Notes under the pieces: model-generated
Database searches by the model: none
What the model saw: only the letters and a program-made list of their open reading frames with translations
Told to the model about the DNA's origin: nothing
Shown: one piece after another, positions 1-7,059 of the stretch
How the letters are laid out: every line of letters begins with the position of its first letter
How positions within the stretch are numbered: the first letter of the stretch is position 1
Program-made: the position numbers and the translations under genes
Origin: an uncultured Gammaproteobacteria bacterium
Lineage (GTDB): Bacteria; Patescibacteriota; Patescibacteriia; UBA11705; JABHMO01
Direction: 5' to 3'
NCBI GenBank assembly: GCA_964362205.1
Contig: CAYIDA010000005.1
Location: 64,001 to 82,409, forward strand
DNA: 18,409 nt

Positions 1-874
1 TTAAATCTTTCTGCGACAATCCCTCATACATTGTTCGATCAATATCAACGAACACGCCCACGCGTTTATTTTTTTCTTGATAATAATTCGGCAGATAACG
101 CACAGGCAAATGTTCAACGATGGCTGACTCAATGTTATTTTGCCATTGATGAACCGTTGTTTTGTTTGGAGGAAATTCTTGACTTAAATTTTTCGGCAGG
201 GAGAGGCGTTCGCCGAAAGACAGGATAATACTGCCCGGCGCGAGGTGATGTTGATCTGGGAAAACGCGTTCCGCGTTAACAATCGAGACCGGTACGATGT
301 CAATGTGACTGGAGAGAGCGATCCGAGCGGCGCCAGTGTGGAAATAATGCAGAACGTGCAGAATTTCAATGTGTCCTTCAGGAAAAATAATTAAATTTTT
401 TCCTTCGCGCAAAAATTTGATAGCCAGTTCAATCGCCTGTTGCTTGGAATGGCCTTTTGGATAGCGCTCATCATCCACTGGATCGCGCCTGACATCGACG
501 GTTTCCATTTTCTTCATCCAAATCGCCAATAGCCAATTAAATTGTTGAAGCGGAGCAGTAAATAAAATTGAGTCAGAACCGAGAGTTGTCAACACGAGAA
601 ACCCGTCCATGTGGCTGGGATGATTGGAAGCGTAAATTGCCGGAGAAAAAATATTGTGTTGTTTTTTAACAATGATTTTAATATTGTTTAAACTTAAAAC
701 AGCTTCAACAACCCAGACAGCGACACGGCGCCAGAGGACCCCGCGTTTTTTTGGTTGAACGAATTGTTCAATAAATAAAACAAAAGGCAACAATACAGTA
801 ATAAAAAGCCCCAAATCAAAACTCATCATCAAACTGTGGAAGCGTTGAAGTTTTCCGTAATTAATTTTATCCAT
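1..874 (-). CDS. plsC: 1-acyl-sn-glycerol-3-phosphate (lysophospholipid) acyltransferase, PlsC family; 3' end (protein C-terminus) runs off the window
   Basis: I hand-translated the minus strand from the ATG at the complement of 872-874 and it stays open to position 1. The N-terminal TM segment is followed by the acyltransferase motif I (NHPSHMDG, HxxxxD type) and, about 70 aa later, motif III (IIFPEGHIE, FPEG type). It is absent from the ORF track only because it has no in-window stop. The C-terminal extension contains a possible HAD motif I (VGVFVDIDRT). Confidence 0.8.
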   Translation of the reverse strand, partial: MDKINYGKLQRFHSLMMSFDLGLFITVLLPFVLFIEQFVQPKKRGVLWRRVAVWVVEAVLSLNNIKIIVKKQHNIFSPAIYASNHPSHMDGFLVLTTLGSDSILFTAPLQQFNWLLAIWMKKMETVDVRRDPVDDERYPKGHSKQQAIELAIKFLREGKNLIIFPEGHIEILHVLHYFHTGAARIALSSHIDIVPVSIVNAERVFPDQHHLAPGSIILSFGERLSLPKNLSQEFPPNKTTVHQWQNNIESAIVEHLPVRYLPNYYQEKNKRVGVFVDIDRTMYEGLSQKDL

Positions 875-1064
875 ATTGATTTCATTATACAATTTTTTAC
901 AATTAACGGCAATTCATGAGCGCCTCTCTTAATGGTCATTCCGGACACAGACATCCAGCGGAAAACTAAACATCTTAATTGTGTGATTCGGAATCTCACG
1001 TCCGCAGTTACTGTATTATTCTGAAACGTAGCGTATTCTGCAATTAAAACAGAGACTTGATTTT

Positions 1065-1094
1065 TTGAATAGTTAGCGGTAAGATTTGTTTAAT
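1065..1094 (+). promoter_or_regulatory. possible sigma70 promoter (TTGAAT-17/18-TTTAAT) for the DjlA-like operon
   Basis: The hexamers and spacing were read directly. The -10 is weak, so support is low. Confidence 0.2.
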
Positions 1095-1142
1095 TAACAA
1101 GAAGCTGTACTTTACAACACATTTTGACAAGAGGAGGAAAAG

Positions 1143-2099
1143 ATGTTGATGCGAATATTATTGGTATTGCTTGTGATTTTCGTGATTTGGATAGGAATCA
1201 AGATTTTGGTCAGAGCCGTGCCGGAACTTTTTTCTAACCCTAATCGCCGCAAACTTAATAATGTTGGCGGAAGATTGCCGATCATCAGTTCAGGCGGAAT
1301 CGGTTCACTGGCAAAAATATTTTTACTTTTGAATATCGCTCCCGCGATCGCCGGATCAGTGGCCAGGCGCGAGCAAGTAAATATTTTGAAAGGCAAAATT
1401 AAAACTTTGCGCGAACGCGGAAAAAAGTTAGCGCTGGTTGAAATCAAACGTTTAGCCGTTATGACCAAATCATTGGACGAGCAACTTGATGATTGGGACG
1501 CGCGAGTTGAACGAAATGAGTTTGAATTCGTTGAACTGCAAGCCAGCATTGATCAATTAGGTCGCAATTTTAAAAAATACGTTGACGCGTATGTGGAAAC
1601 AGATTTGTTATTGGACAAGTGTTTTGAACTCTTGAAACAGGCGGCCGCAGCGACTCAAAATCAAGATGATTTGAAAGCACTCGCAGATCTTGAAGATGAA
1701 TTCAATCGTTGTCGCGCCGCAAGTTTTATTTTCGGGCAGGTCAAGGAACTGGATGATTTGTTTTCAGCGCTGAAAGAAAAAGAAAAAATTCTGACAGAAC
1801 ATATCGGACCTGCGCCAACTGACGCCAATGTTCAAGAAAATGAAATGAGTTATTATGAAATTCTTGGCGTTGATCCAGCCGCGACCTTGGCGGAAATTGC
1901 AACCGCTTATCGCCGCGAGATTAATCGCTGGCATCCGGACAAGAAAAACGCGCAAGTGGATAAGATTGAAGATGCTGATATCAAAGAAATGGTTCAAGAT
2001 GAAATTGAACGTCTTTTCCGCAGAGTGCGGGAAGCGTACGAGGTTTTGTCTGACCCGATTAAACGCGCGGCGTATGATGCCACGAGGAGGATAAAATAA
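1143..2099 (+). CDS. membrane-anchored J-domain co-chaperone (DjlA-like: N-terminal TM, central coiled/TerB-like region, C-terminal J domain)
   Basis: GAGGAGG Shine-Dalgarno at 1131-1138, ATG at 1143. N-terminus MLMRILLVLLVIFVIWIGIKILV is a TM helix. C-terminal YYEILGV...HPDK...AYEVLSDPIKRAAYD is a canonical J domain with the HPD motif and an extended helix II-III loop. Confidence 0.85.
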   Translation: MLMRILLVLLVIFVIWIGIKILVRAVPELFSNPNRRKLNNVGGRLPIISSGGIGSLAKIFLLLNIAPAIAGSVARREQVNILKGKIKTLRERGKKLALVEIKRLAVMTKSLDEQLDDWDARVERNEFEFVELQASIDQLGRNFKKYVDAYVETDLLLDKCFELLKQAAAATQNQDDLKALADLEDEFNRCRAASFIFGQVKELDDLFSALKEKEKILTEHIGPAPTDANVQENEMSYYEILGVDPAATLAEIATAYRREINRWHPDKKNAQVDKIEDADIKEMVQDEIERLFRRVREAYEVLSDPIKRAAYDATRRIK

Positions 2100-2941
2100 T
2101 GGCGGATATTGTGAAAAGAGCCGGCGGCCAAGGAAGTTTGGCCAGAAAGATGGAAGAACTGAATTCGTCCGCAAAACAATCGCTTCCCTTGCCCGCATCA
2201 GAGACCAAGAGCAGTGGCGATTTGCAAGTGGCGTTTGCGTTTGACACTACTTGCAGCATGTTTCGGTTTTTTAAAGCCGGAAAAGAAGCGATCAAAAAAA
2301 TTGTTGCTGAAGTAAAAGCCAAACGTCCGACCGCTGAATTTTGTTACATTGCCTACAAGAATCATGGCGATGAACAATATTTTGGCGGTTCGTATCCATT
2401 TTTTGCTACGGAATTTTCTTCCAATGCTGAAAGTTTGATTCAGTCGCTTGAGCGAATTGATAATAGCGGCGGCGGAGACGGGCTAACGGCGATTGAAGAT
2501 GTTTTGCATTTTTTGGCGGGTGAAGTTTATTGGGCCGACAAAGCAACCAAAGTTGTCGTGCTGATTGGCGATATGCCGCCACACGGAGTCATTGACTCGA
2601 TCTCGCAATGTCCGCATGAATACGACTATCGCGATGAAGCGGAAAAATTGAAGAGAAAAGGAGTTAAAATTTATTCCGTGCACTGTTTTGACGAAAGAGA
2701 TTTGGTTGGCGAGCGCGCGCAAAAAACGCAGGAATTTTTCAAGCAAATCGCGGCAGACAATGGCGGAAAATATTTGACGATGCAAAATATCGATGAAGTC
2801 GCGCAACTGCTTATCGGTATTTGCATGAAGGAAACCGGACACTTGTCAGCATTTATTCGTGAGCTGAAAAGTCGGGGTCAGTTGACTCCGGCTACTGAAC
2901 GCAAACTTCGTTTGCTGGAGGGAAGACGCGATGGCAGATGA
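2099..2941 (+). CDS. von Willebrand factor A (vWA/MIDAS) domain protein
   Basis: The start overlaps the upstream stop (TAATG at 2097-2101). VAFAFDTTCSM is a DxTxS-type MIDAS motif, followed by GGGDGLTA and then VVVLIGDMPPHG, which matches a vWA fold in both order and spacing. Confidence 0.65.
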   Translation: MADIVKRAGGQGSLARKMEELNSSAKQSLPLPASETKSSGDLQVAFAFDTTCSMFRFFKAGKEAIKKIVAEVKAKRPTAEFCYIAYKNHGDEQYFGGSYPFFATEFSSNAESLIQSLERIDNSGGGDGLTAIEDVLHFLAGEVYWADKATKVVVLIGDMPPHGVIDSISQCPHEYDYRDEAEKLKRKGVKIYSVHCFDERDLVGERAQKTQEFFKQIAADNGGKYLTMQNIDEVAQLLIGICMKETGHLSAFIRELKSRGQLTPATERKLRLLEGRRDGR

Positions 2942-3209
2942 AAAGAAAGTTGAAGATAAGGTGTTCAGGGTTATTGAAGAAGGTATTGATTTAGTTTTTA
3001 ATTTTGGGAAGAGAGCGGTTACCGAAGGGTTGAAGGAAGTTTTTGAGATTAAAACCGGCGATCCGGTAAAGGATGAAGCTGAAGTAGCCACTAGGATGAA
3101 AAGATTGAAGCGGGAAGCAAAGGCAAGAATGCGTGATTTGGTCGATGGTCTCTGGAAAGATGATGATGATAAAGGGCCGCCGGACAAAAAAGACAAAGTT
3201 GATCCATGA
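2931..3209 (+). CDS. small highly charged (acidic/Lys-rich) hypothetical protein, 92 aa
   Basis: The ATG overlaps the 3' end of the vWA gene by 11 nt (ATGGCAGATGA), and the ORF continues in the operon frame. I recognise no domain. Confidence 0.5.
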   Translation: MADEKKVEDKVFRVIEEGIDLVFNFGKRAVTEGLKEVFEIKTGDPVKDEAEVATRMKRLKREAKARMRDLVDGLWKDDDDKGPPDKKDKVDP

Positions 3210-3219
3210 TTTCAACTGT

Positions 3220-3244
3220 CGGGCAAGAATCAATTTCTTGCCCG
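3220..3244 (+). terminator. perfect 10-bp hairpin (CGGGCAAGAA/TTCTTGCCCG) with a weak U-tract; intra-operon attenuator or partial terminator
   Basis: The inverted repeat was read directly. It is followed by TTCACTTCAGAATTT. Confidence 0.35.
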
Positions 3245-3346
3245 TTCACTTCAGAATTTAATTGTGGCTACGAATTATTGGTTGTGATTGTAATTCTACT
3301 AAGCGCAATTAAAAATTGAAGCGAATGTTCATTACAAGGAGGTGAA

Positions 3347-4039
3347 ATGGCAATTCTATGCTGTTATGTTTGCGATCAAACAATTAACGGTCAATACTAC
3401 AAAGATGATCACGGGCAGCTCTGCTTTAATTGCCATGAGCCAAAAGTAAAATGTTTTACTTGTGGGAAACAATTGGCCGTGGGCAAAGAGATGAGATTGG
3501 CTGATTACAGGGTTACGTGTCCGGTTTGTTATGCGGAAGCTGTTTTCGCGATTGAACAAGAATTTGTTAGTGGATTGGAAAAGATATTGAAAAGATCCGG
3601 TTGGTATCCCTCCGGCAAAATAATTTTTGAGATTGTTGATCTGCCTCGACTTATGATAGAAAATGGCAATAGCAGTCGGACAATGTTGGGCACGTGCAAT
3701 ACGAATGTCTGCTTCAATTTGAATGTCAGGGTTTCAATTGAACATCGAGTAAGAGCTTTGTTCGGCTTACCGAGGACATTGTTTATTTGTACTTTGACTC
3801 ATGAACTTTTTCACGCTTGGCTGAACGAAAATATTGATCGAAACGTTTTTTCGGCCGAAGAAACAGAATGGCTCTGCGAACACGGTTCTTATTTGTTCGC
3901 ATTGGAAATGAAGTTTGATGAATTTTGGATAAGGAAAGTTGTGTCAAGTCGCGACAGTTTTCAAGTTGACAGTAGTTTTAAAAACAAGTATGATGTTTTA
4001 TCAGCCAGAGAGTTTGTTGGCAGATTGAGAAGCGCGTAA
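3347..4039 (+). CDS. LIM-type double zinc-finger protein fused to a DA1-like HExxH zinc metallopeptidase
   Basis: AGGAGG Shine-Dalgarno at 3337-3342. The N-terminus has about eight Cys/His ligands (CxxC-x15-HxxxC-xxC-x6-CxxC-x17-CxxC), which is LIM-like. The C-terminal half contains THELFHAWLNE, i.e. HExxH plus a downstream E. This closely resembles the HEMMHAWL motif of plant DA1 peptidases. Confidence 0.7.
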   Translation: MAILCCYVCDQTINGQYYKDDHGQLCFNCHEPKVKCFTCGKQLAVGKEMRLADYRVTCPVCYAEAVFAIEQEFVSGLEKILKRSGWYPSGKIIFEIVDLPRLMIENGNSSRTMLGTCNTNVCFNLNVRVSIEHRVRALFGLPRTLFICTLTHELFHAWLNENIDRNVFSAEETEWLCEHGSYLFALEMKFDEFWIRKVVSSRDSFQVDSSFKNKYDVLSAREFVGRLRSA

Positions 4040-4121
4040 GCAGTAACGGGTTCACCCGAAACTCTTGCGCACAAGTAGTTTCTGGGATTGGCGCCAGCCA
4101 AAATAACAAAGGAGGTGCGTG

Positions 4122-4367
4122 ATGCTGGCAAAAATATTGATTCTCGTAGTGCTGATTCTGATTGTCGCTTTGATTGGCAGTGGGGTGGCGCTCATCGCCG
4201 GCTGGTGGCAGCCGCAAAAGGATGCGAGCGGAAACGTGGTGCCGCTTTCAGGAAAAGAGAAAGTGGGAGTTGGTGTCGTTGTGGTGAGCGTGGTCGTTGG
4301 TTTCCTCACCTTGCTTCTTTCCTCGGAGCATCCGTGGGTGAAGAAAATCAAGGGCGTTGCCAAGTAA
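4122..4367 (+). CDS. small two-TM membrane protein (holin-like topology), 81 aa
   Basis: AGGAGG at 4110-4115, ATG at 4122 (the ORF track used GTG at 4119). Two hydrophobic helices are followed by a Lys-rich C-terminus. Confidence 0.55.
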   Translation: MLAKILILVVLILIVALIGSGVALIAGWWQPQKDASGNVVPLSGKEKVGVGVVVVSVVVGFLTLLLSSEHPWVKKIKGVAK

Positions 4368-4388
4368 TTATTTAGTTCTTTGATTGAA

Positions 4389-4414
4389 GGGAGCGGATCA
4401 CAATATCCGCTCCC
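4389..4414 (+). terminator. 10-bp perfect hairpin (GGGAGCGGAT-cacaat-ATCCGCTCCC) downstream of the small TM gene; the U-tract is imperfect
   Basis: The inverted repeat was read directly. It is followed by AAATCTAATTTTG. Confidence 0.35.
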
Positions 4415-4501
4415 AAATCTAATTTTGAATAACCATGTTTGTTTTTAATAAATTGAGAATGAACATGGTTCTTTGAAAACTGCCAACGAAAGGAGGCAAA
4501 A

Positions 4502-5647
4502 ATGAAAAGGCTCAGTAAATTGATGTGGGGTCTGTTTTTTATCGGTTTGGCCATTTTCTTGATTATCGGTCTTGTTAGATACGCGCCGCTTTTTGGATTT
4601 TTATTGATTTATCCGTATGCATTGGATCAGGTTTTGGGATTTGGTCTTAATCCTCATTTAACCAGGGCTTTGGCGCTCGCTGTCGGTTTTATTTTTTGGT
4701 ATGTGATTTTTTATTTTTTCTTGAGCCGCGACGGATCGAAGCGACTCATCGGATTCACTTTGATCGCTACGATATATGTCAGCAATTCGTTGATTATGTA
4801 TTTTATCACGCGTGATAATGTGGTGGATATTTTTACCGGCGAGAGAGCGTTCTGCCTTGAAGATCAGATGACCGGACGAATCAAGATTTACAGTCAGTCG
4901 CTTTTTGATCAACTTGGAAAGAAAACTGTCCGTTGTACAGATGATCAAATTGAGCGGTATGAAATTGAAAAAAAATTTAAACCCGATCAAAATTCAGAAG
5001 TAATGATAGATCAAGTGGTAAAAGGATTCATCAGTCCGAAGAGTGGGCGTGCTTTATTCTATTATTGTCTTGATACTGACGGCAAAGAAAGATTTTTTGT
5101 TGTTTCCGGACACTGCCCTTGGGGCGGTGGTAAACTGGAGCCGGTAACGAATGAAATAATGAAAAAAGTTGAAGAGCAGAAGAAACAGAAACAACAGAAA
5201 CAACAGGAAGAACAAAGTAAACTCGACTTGGAAAACAAATACGCGCAGTCAGCTGTAGAAAATCAGCAAATGAAATTAAAAACTCAACAAATTGTTGATG
5301 AGAATCAGCAGATGAAAGATAAAACCGAGCAACTGGCGATAGAAAATCAGCAAATAAAGGAAAATATTTTGCGGTTATCATTGGAAAGCGCAATCGGAGA
5401 GATTCGCAATGAGGAAGTTTCGAAAATTCGCGAAAGCACTGAAGAAGATATAAAAATTAAGGTATTTTGGGGAGTTGTTGCTTTTCTTATTTTTGCCTCA
5501 ATTTTATTCGGCACCGCGCTTACCGTGATGGAAACCGACAAAGATAGCGAGGAAGAATTAAAAGCTAAGTTAATCATTCAAGTTATTAGTTTGTTTCTTA
5601 TGTTCTTAGTGGTAGGCGGTTACGTCTTTTACCTTGTGAATGATTAG
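4502..5647 (+). CDS. polytopic membrane protein with a Cys-containing central domain, Gln-rich coiled-coil repeats and two C-terminal TM helices
   Basis: AGGAGG at 4491-4496. Three N-terminal TM segments are followed by a soluble region containing four Cys (FCLED, RCTDD, YYCLD, GHCPWGGG). Then come KQKQQKQQEEQ low complexity and three copies of ENQQMK-type 13-15-aa repeats, and finally two TM helices. Confidence 0.6.
   Translation: MKRLSKLMWGLFFIGLAIFLIIGLVRYAPLFGFLLIYPYALDQVLGFGLNPHLTRALALAVGFIFWYVIFYFFLSRDGSKRLIGFTLIATIYVSNSLIMYFITRDNVVDIFTGERAFCLEDQMTGRIKIYSQSLFDQLGKKTVRCTDDQIERYEIEKKFKPDQNSEVMIDQVVKGFISPKSGRALFYYCLDTDGKERFFVVSGHCPWGGGKLEPVTNEIMKKVEEQKKQKQQKQQEEQSKLDLENKYAQSAVENQQMKLKTQQIVDENQQMKDKTEQLAIENQQIKENILRLSLESAIGEIRNEEVSKIRESTEEDIKIKVFWGVVAFLIFASILFGTALTVMETDKDSEEELKAKLIIQVISLFLMFLVVGGYVFYLVND
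5260..5370 (+). repeat. about 3 imperfect in-frame tandem repeats (about 39-45 nt) encoding ENQQ(M/I)K coiled-coil repeats
   Basis: Copies of gaaaatcagcaaatgaa / gagaatcagcagatgaaa / gaaaatcagcaaataaag were read directly. Confidence 0.5.
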
Positions 5648-5683
5648 TTTAAAACCATTTAATATTGCCAAATTAAGATTCAT

Positions 5684-5713
5684 ATCCGTTGTTCTCAAAC
5701 AGCGGATTTTTAT
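5684..5713 (+). terminator. rho-independent terminator (ATCCGTTGTT-ctca-AACAGCGGAT followed by TTTTTAT)
   Basis: A 10-bp stem with one G-U pair and a 4-nt loop, followed by a U-tract, immediately after the stop of the membrane-protein gene. Confidence 0.7.
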
Positions 5714-5729
5714 GTGGATAAAGTTACGG

Positions 5730-5758
5730 TTGACAGAATTATAATTATGCTGTATGAT
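5730..5758 (+). promoter_or_regulatory. sigma70 promoter TTGACA-17-TATGAT
   Basis: Consensus -35, 17-nt spacer and 5/6 -10, positioned 58 nt upstream of the receiver-domain start codon. Confidence 0.6.
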
Positions 5759-5816
5759 TATGTTCGTCGCTTTTGGCGACGTTTGTTCTTTCAAGGGAAG
5801 GAAAGGAGCAGTGTTC

Positions 5817-6185
5817 ATGACGAACAAGGTGCGCAAAGTACTTTTGGTGGATGACGATCAAGCGATCTCCGAGGCGATCAAAGAAGCGTTAATGAGAGTT
5901 GGCATCAAGGTTGTCCACGCGGAAACGGTTGAGTCAGCGGAAAACATTTTTGACGAACACTCGTTTGACGCAGTTCTTCTCGACGCTAATGTTAATGGTG
6001 GAATAGACAATTCAGTTCGTTTCTTGGGGAAAATGAGAAATAACGGCTATCTCGGGATGGTGGTTGGTATTTCAGGGTGCGATGACTCAAACACTGTTTT
6101 GCGACAACATGGCGCTCAGCGTTGCATCTCAAAAATGTCGGTAGTGAGAAATTTATGGGGGCTGTTCAAACCCGACCAAGCGTAA
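5817..6185 (+). CDS. stand-alone response-regulator receiver (CheY-like REC) domain protein
   Basis: AAGGAG at 5803-5808 and ATG at 5817. The ORF-track start at 5754 lies inside the promoter. VLLVDDD is the acid pocket, AVLLDANV the phospho-acceptor Asp, VVGISG the Thr/Ser position, and FKP the conserved Lys-Pro. I see no output domain. Confidence 0.75.
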   Translation: MTNKVRKVLLVDDDQAISEAIKEALMRVGIKVVHAETVESAENIFDEHSFDAVLLDANVNGGIDNSVRFLGKMRNNGYLGMVVGISGCDDSNTVLRQHGAQRCISKMSVVRNLWGLFKPDQA

Positions 6186-6193
6186 GTAATTGA

Positions 6194-6222
6194 ATAGCAG
6201 TTCAAAACTGCTATTTTTTATT
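6194..6222 (+). terminator. rho-independent terminator (ATAGCAGTT-caa-AACTGCTAT followed by TTTTTTATTT)
   Basis: A perfect 9-bp stem, a 3-nt loop and a U-tract directly after the receiver-gene stop. Confidence 0.75.
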
Positions 6223-6240
6223 TAATTTTACGAAAAACGA

Positions 6241-6269
6241 TTGACAAGATTATTTTTTTGTGCTATACT
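6241..6269 (+). promoter_or_regulatory. perfect consensus sigma70 promoter TTGACA-17-TATACT
   Basis: Read directly. It is followed by the AAGGAGG Shine-Dalgarno at 6306-6312 and the ATG at 6318. Confidence 0.65.
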
Positions 6270-6317
6270 GATTAAGTTAAATAGTTCATTTTTTACTACA
6301 ACAACAAGGAGGTTGAG

Positions 6318-6848
6318 ATGACGCCGTACTACCTGAAGAGCGGGCCAAAGGCTGGCCAAGCCATGGAAGCCGTAATGTTCGAGCTCGACGGTTACTATCG
6401 TCTGGAAGCGGTTTTGCGGAAAAATGATGGTAGCAAAGACTGGTTGCGTCGAGTGAAGGACTTGATGCGTCGAGCTGATAGTCCGGTGATCGTGGCAAAG
6501 TGCGAGTGTGGTTCGATTGCGACACATGTCGGTGTGGCGATTCGTGACTGCGGTGTCACGATTTTGAACACTTCTTGTGTTCAATGCCACGATCAGTTCG
6601 AAGGGTTCGCGACCGCAGTGCCTTTGAAGTTCTCGAGCATTCGAGAATACTTCAGGCACGAGATCGACCGCAAGCAATTTTTGCGCGCTCTGCGTTCTGC
6701 TTGCGGACTGATCGAGAGCGGTCAGATCCCGCCACAGACTGCGTGCGACGTGTTTTATTCGTCAACTCCTCCTTCACCAGTGCCCGCACAAAAAAAAATC
6801 ACACCTCCTCCAATCATTCAACAACCGGAACAACTTCCCTTGTTCTAG
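6318..6848 (+). CDS. GC-rich orphan hypothetical protein, 176 aa, Cys/His cluster and Pro-rich tail
   Basis: Strong Shine-Dalgarno. GC is about 55-58% against a flanking background of about 38%, with GC-rich codon usage (CTG, GCC, CGT). KCECGS...H...DCG...SCVQCHDQ is a possible metal-binding cluster. The C-terminus TPPSPVPAQKKITPPPIIQQPEQLPLF is Pro-rich. Confidence 0.6.
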   Translation: MTPYYLKSGPKAGQAMEAVMFELDGYYRLEAVLRKNDGSKDWLRRVKDLMRRADSPVIVAKCECGSIATHVGVAIRDCGVTILNTSCVQCHDQFEGFATAVPLKFSSIREYFRHEIDRKQFLRALRSACGLIESGQIPPQTACDVFYSSTPPSPVPAQKKITPPPIIQQPEQLPLF

Positions 6849-6853
6849 AAATC

Positions 6854-6888
6854 AGCCAGCGCGTCATACGCGTCTGGCTGTTCTTTTT
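6854..6888 (+). terminator. rho-independent terminator (CAGCCAGCGCGT-cat-ACGCG(t)CTGGCTG followed by TTCTTTTT)
   Basis: A 12-bp stem with one bulge, followed by a U-tract, 6 nt after the stop. Confidence 0.7.
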
Positions 6889-7059
6889 GGTTAAATTAAC
6901 GGTCACGTACATTAAACAGTAACGTTAATTTTAATGTAAAGAAATCAAAAAATCATTGACATTCATACACAGCTATTGCGGAATAGTACAGTTTTGTTAT
7001 TATTAGTATTAGAACAATGCTCGCATGGAGATTGTTCTGTCTAATAAATATTATTTTTT

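Noticed and set aside
1124-1129. TTGACA hexamer just upstream of the J-protein Shine-Dalgarno
   Set aside because: It is too close to the start codon to serve as a -35, since the -10 would fall inside the ORF. It is coincidental or belongs to the Shine-Dalgarno context.
1112-1549. Minus-strand 145-aa ORF antisense to the J-domain gene (similar antisense ORFs at 1764-2198, 2483-2842, 2846-3196, 8122-8583, 8259-8792, 12233-12826 and 13120-13947)
   Set aside because: All lie wholly inside well-supported + strand genes, lack Shine-Dalgarno sites and give low-complexity or unconvincing proteins. They are typical antisense shadow ORFs.
4088-4375. 95-aa Arg/Gly-rich + strand ORF overlapping the small TM gene in another frame
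   Set aside because: It has no ribosome-binding site, whereas the overlapping TM ORF has AGGAGG at ideal spacing and a coherent hydrophobic profile. The Arg-rich composition is typical of an off-frame reading.
5754-5816. ORF-track start at 5754 for the receiver gene
   Set aside because: Those codons overlap the TTGACA-17-TATGAT promoter. The ATG at 5817 is preceded by AAGGAG and begins the canonical REC N-terminus.
6228-6922. Alternative-frame ORFs (6228-6677 minus, 6286-6525 minus, 6575-6922 plus) in the GC-rich island
   Set aside because: Long spurious ORFs are expected in GC-rich DNA. Only the 6318-6848 frame has the consensus promoter, Shine-Dalgarno and terminator arrangement.
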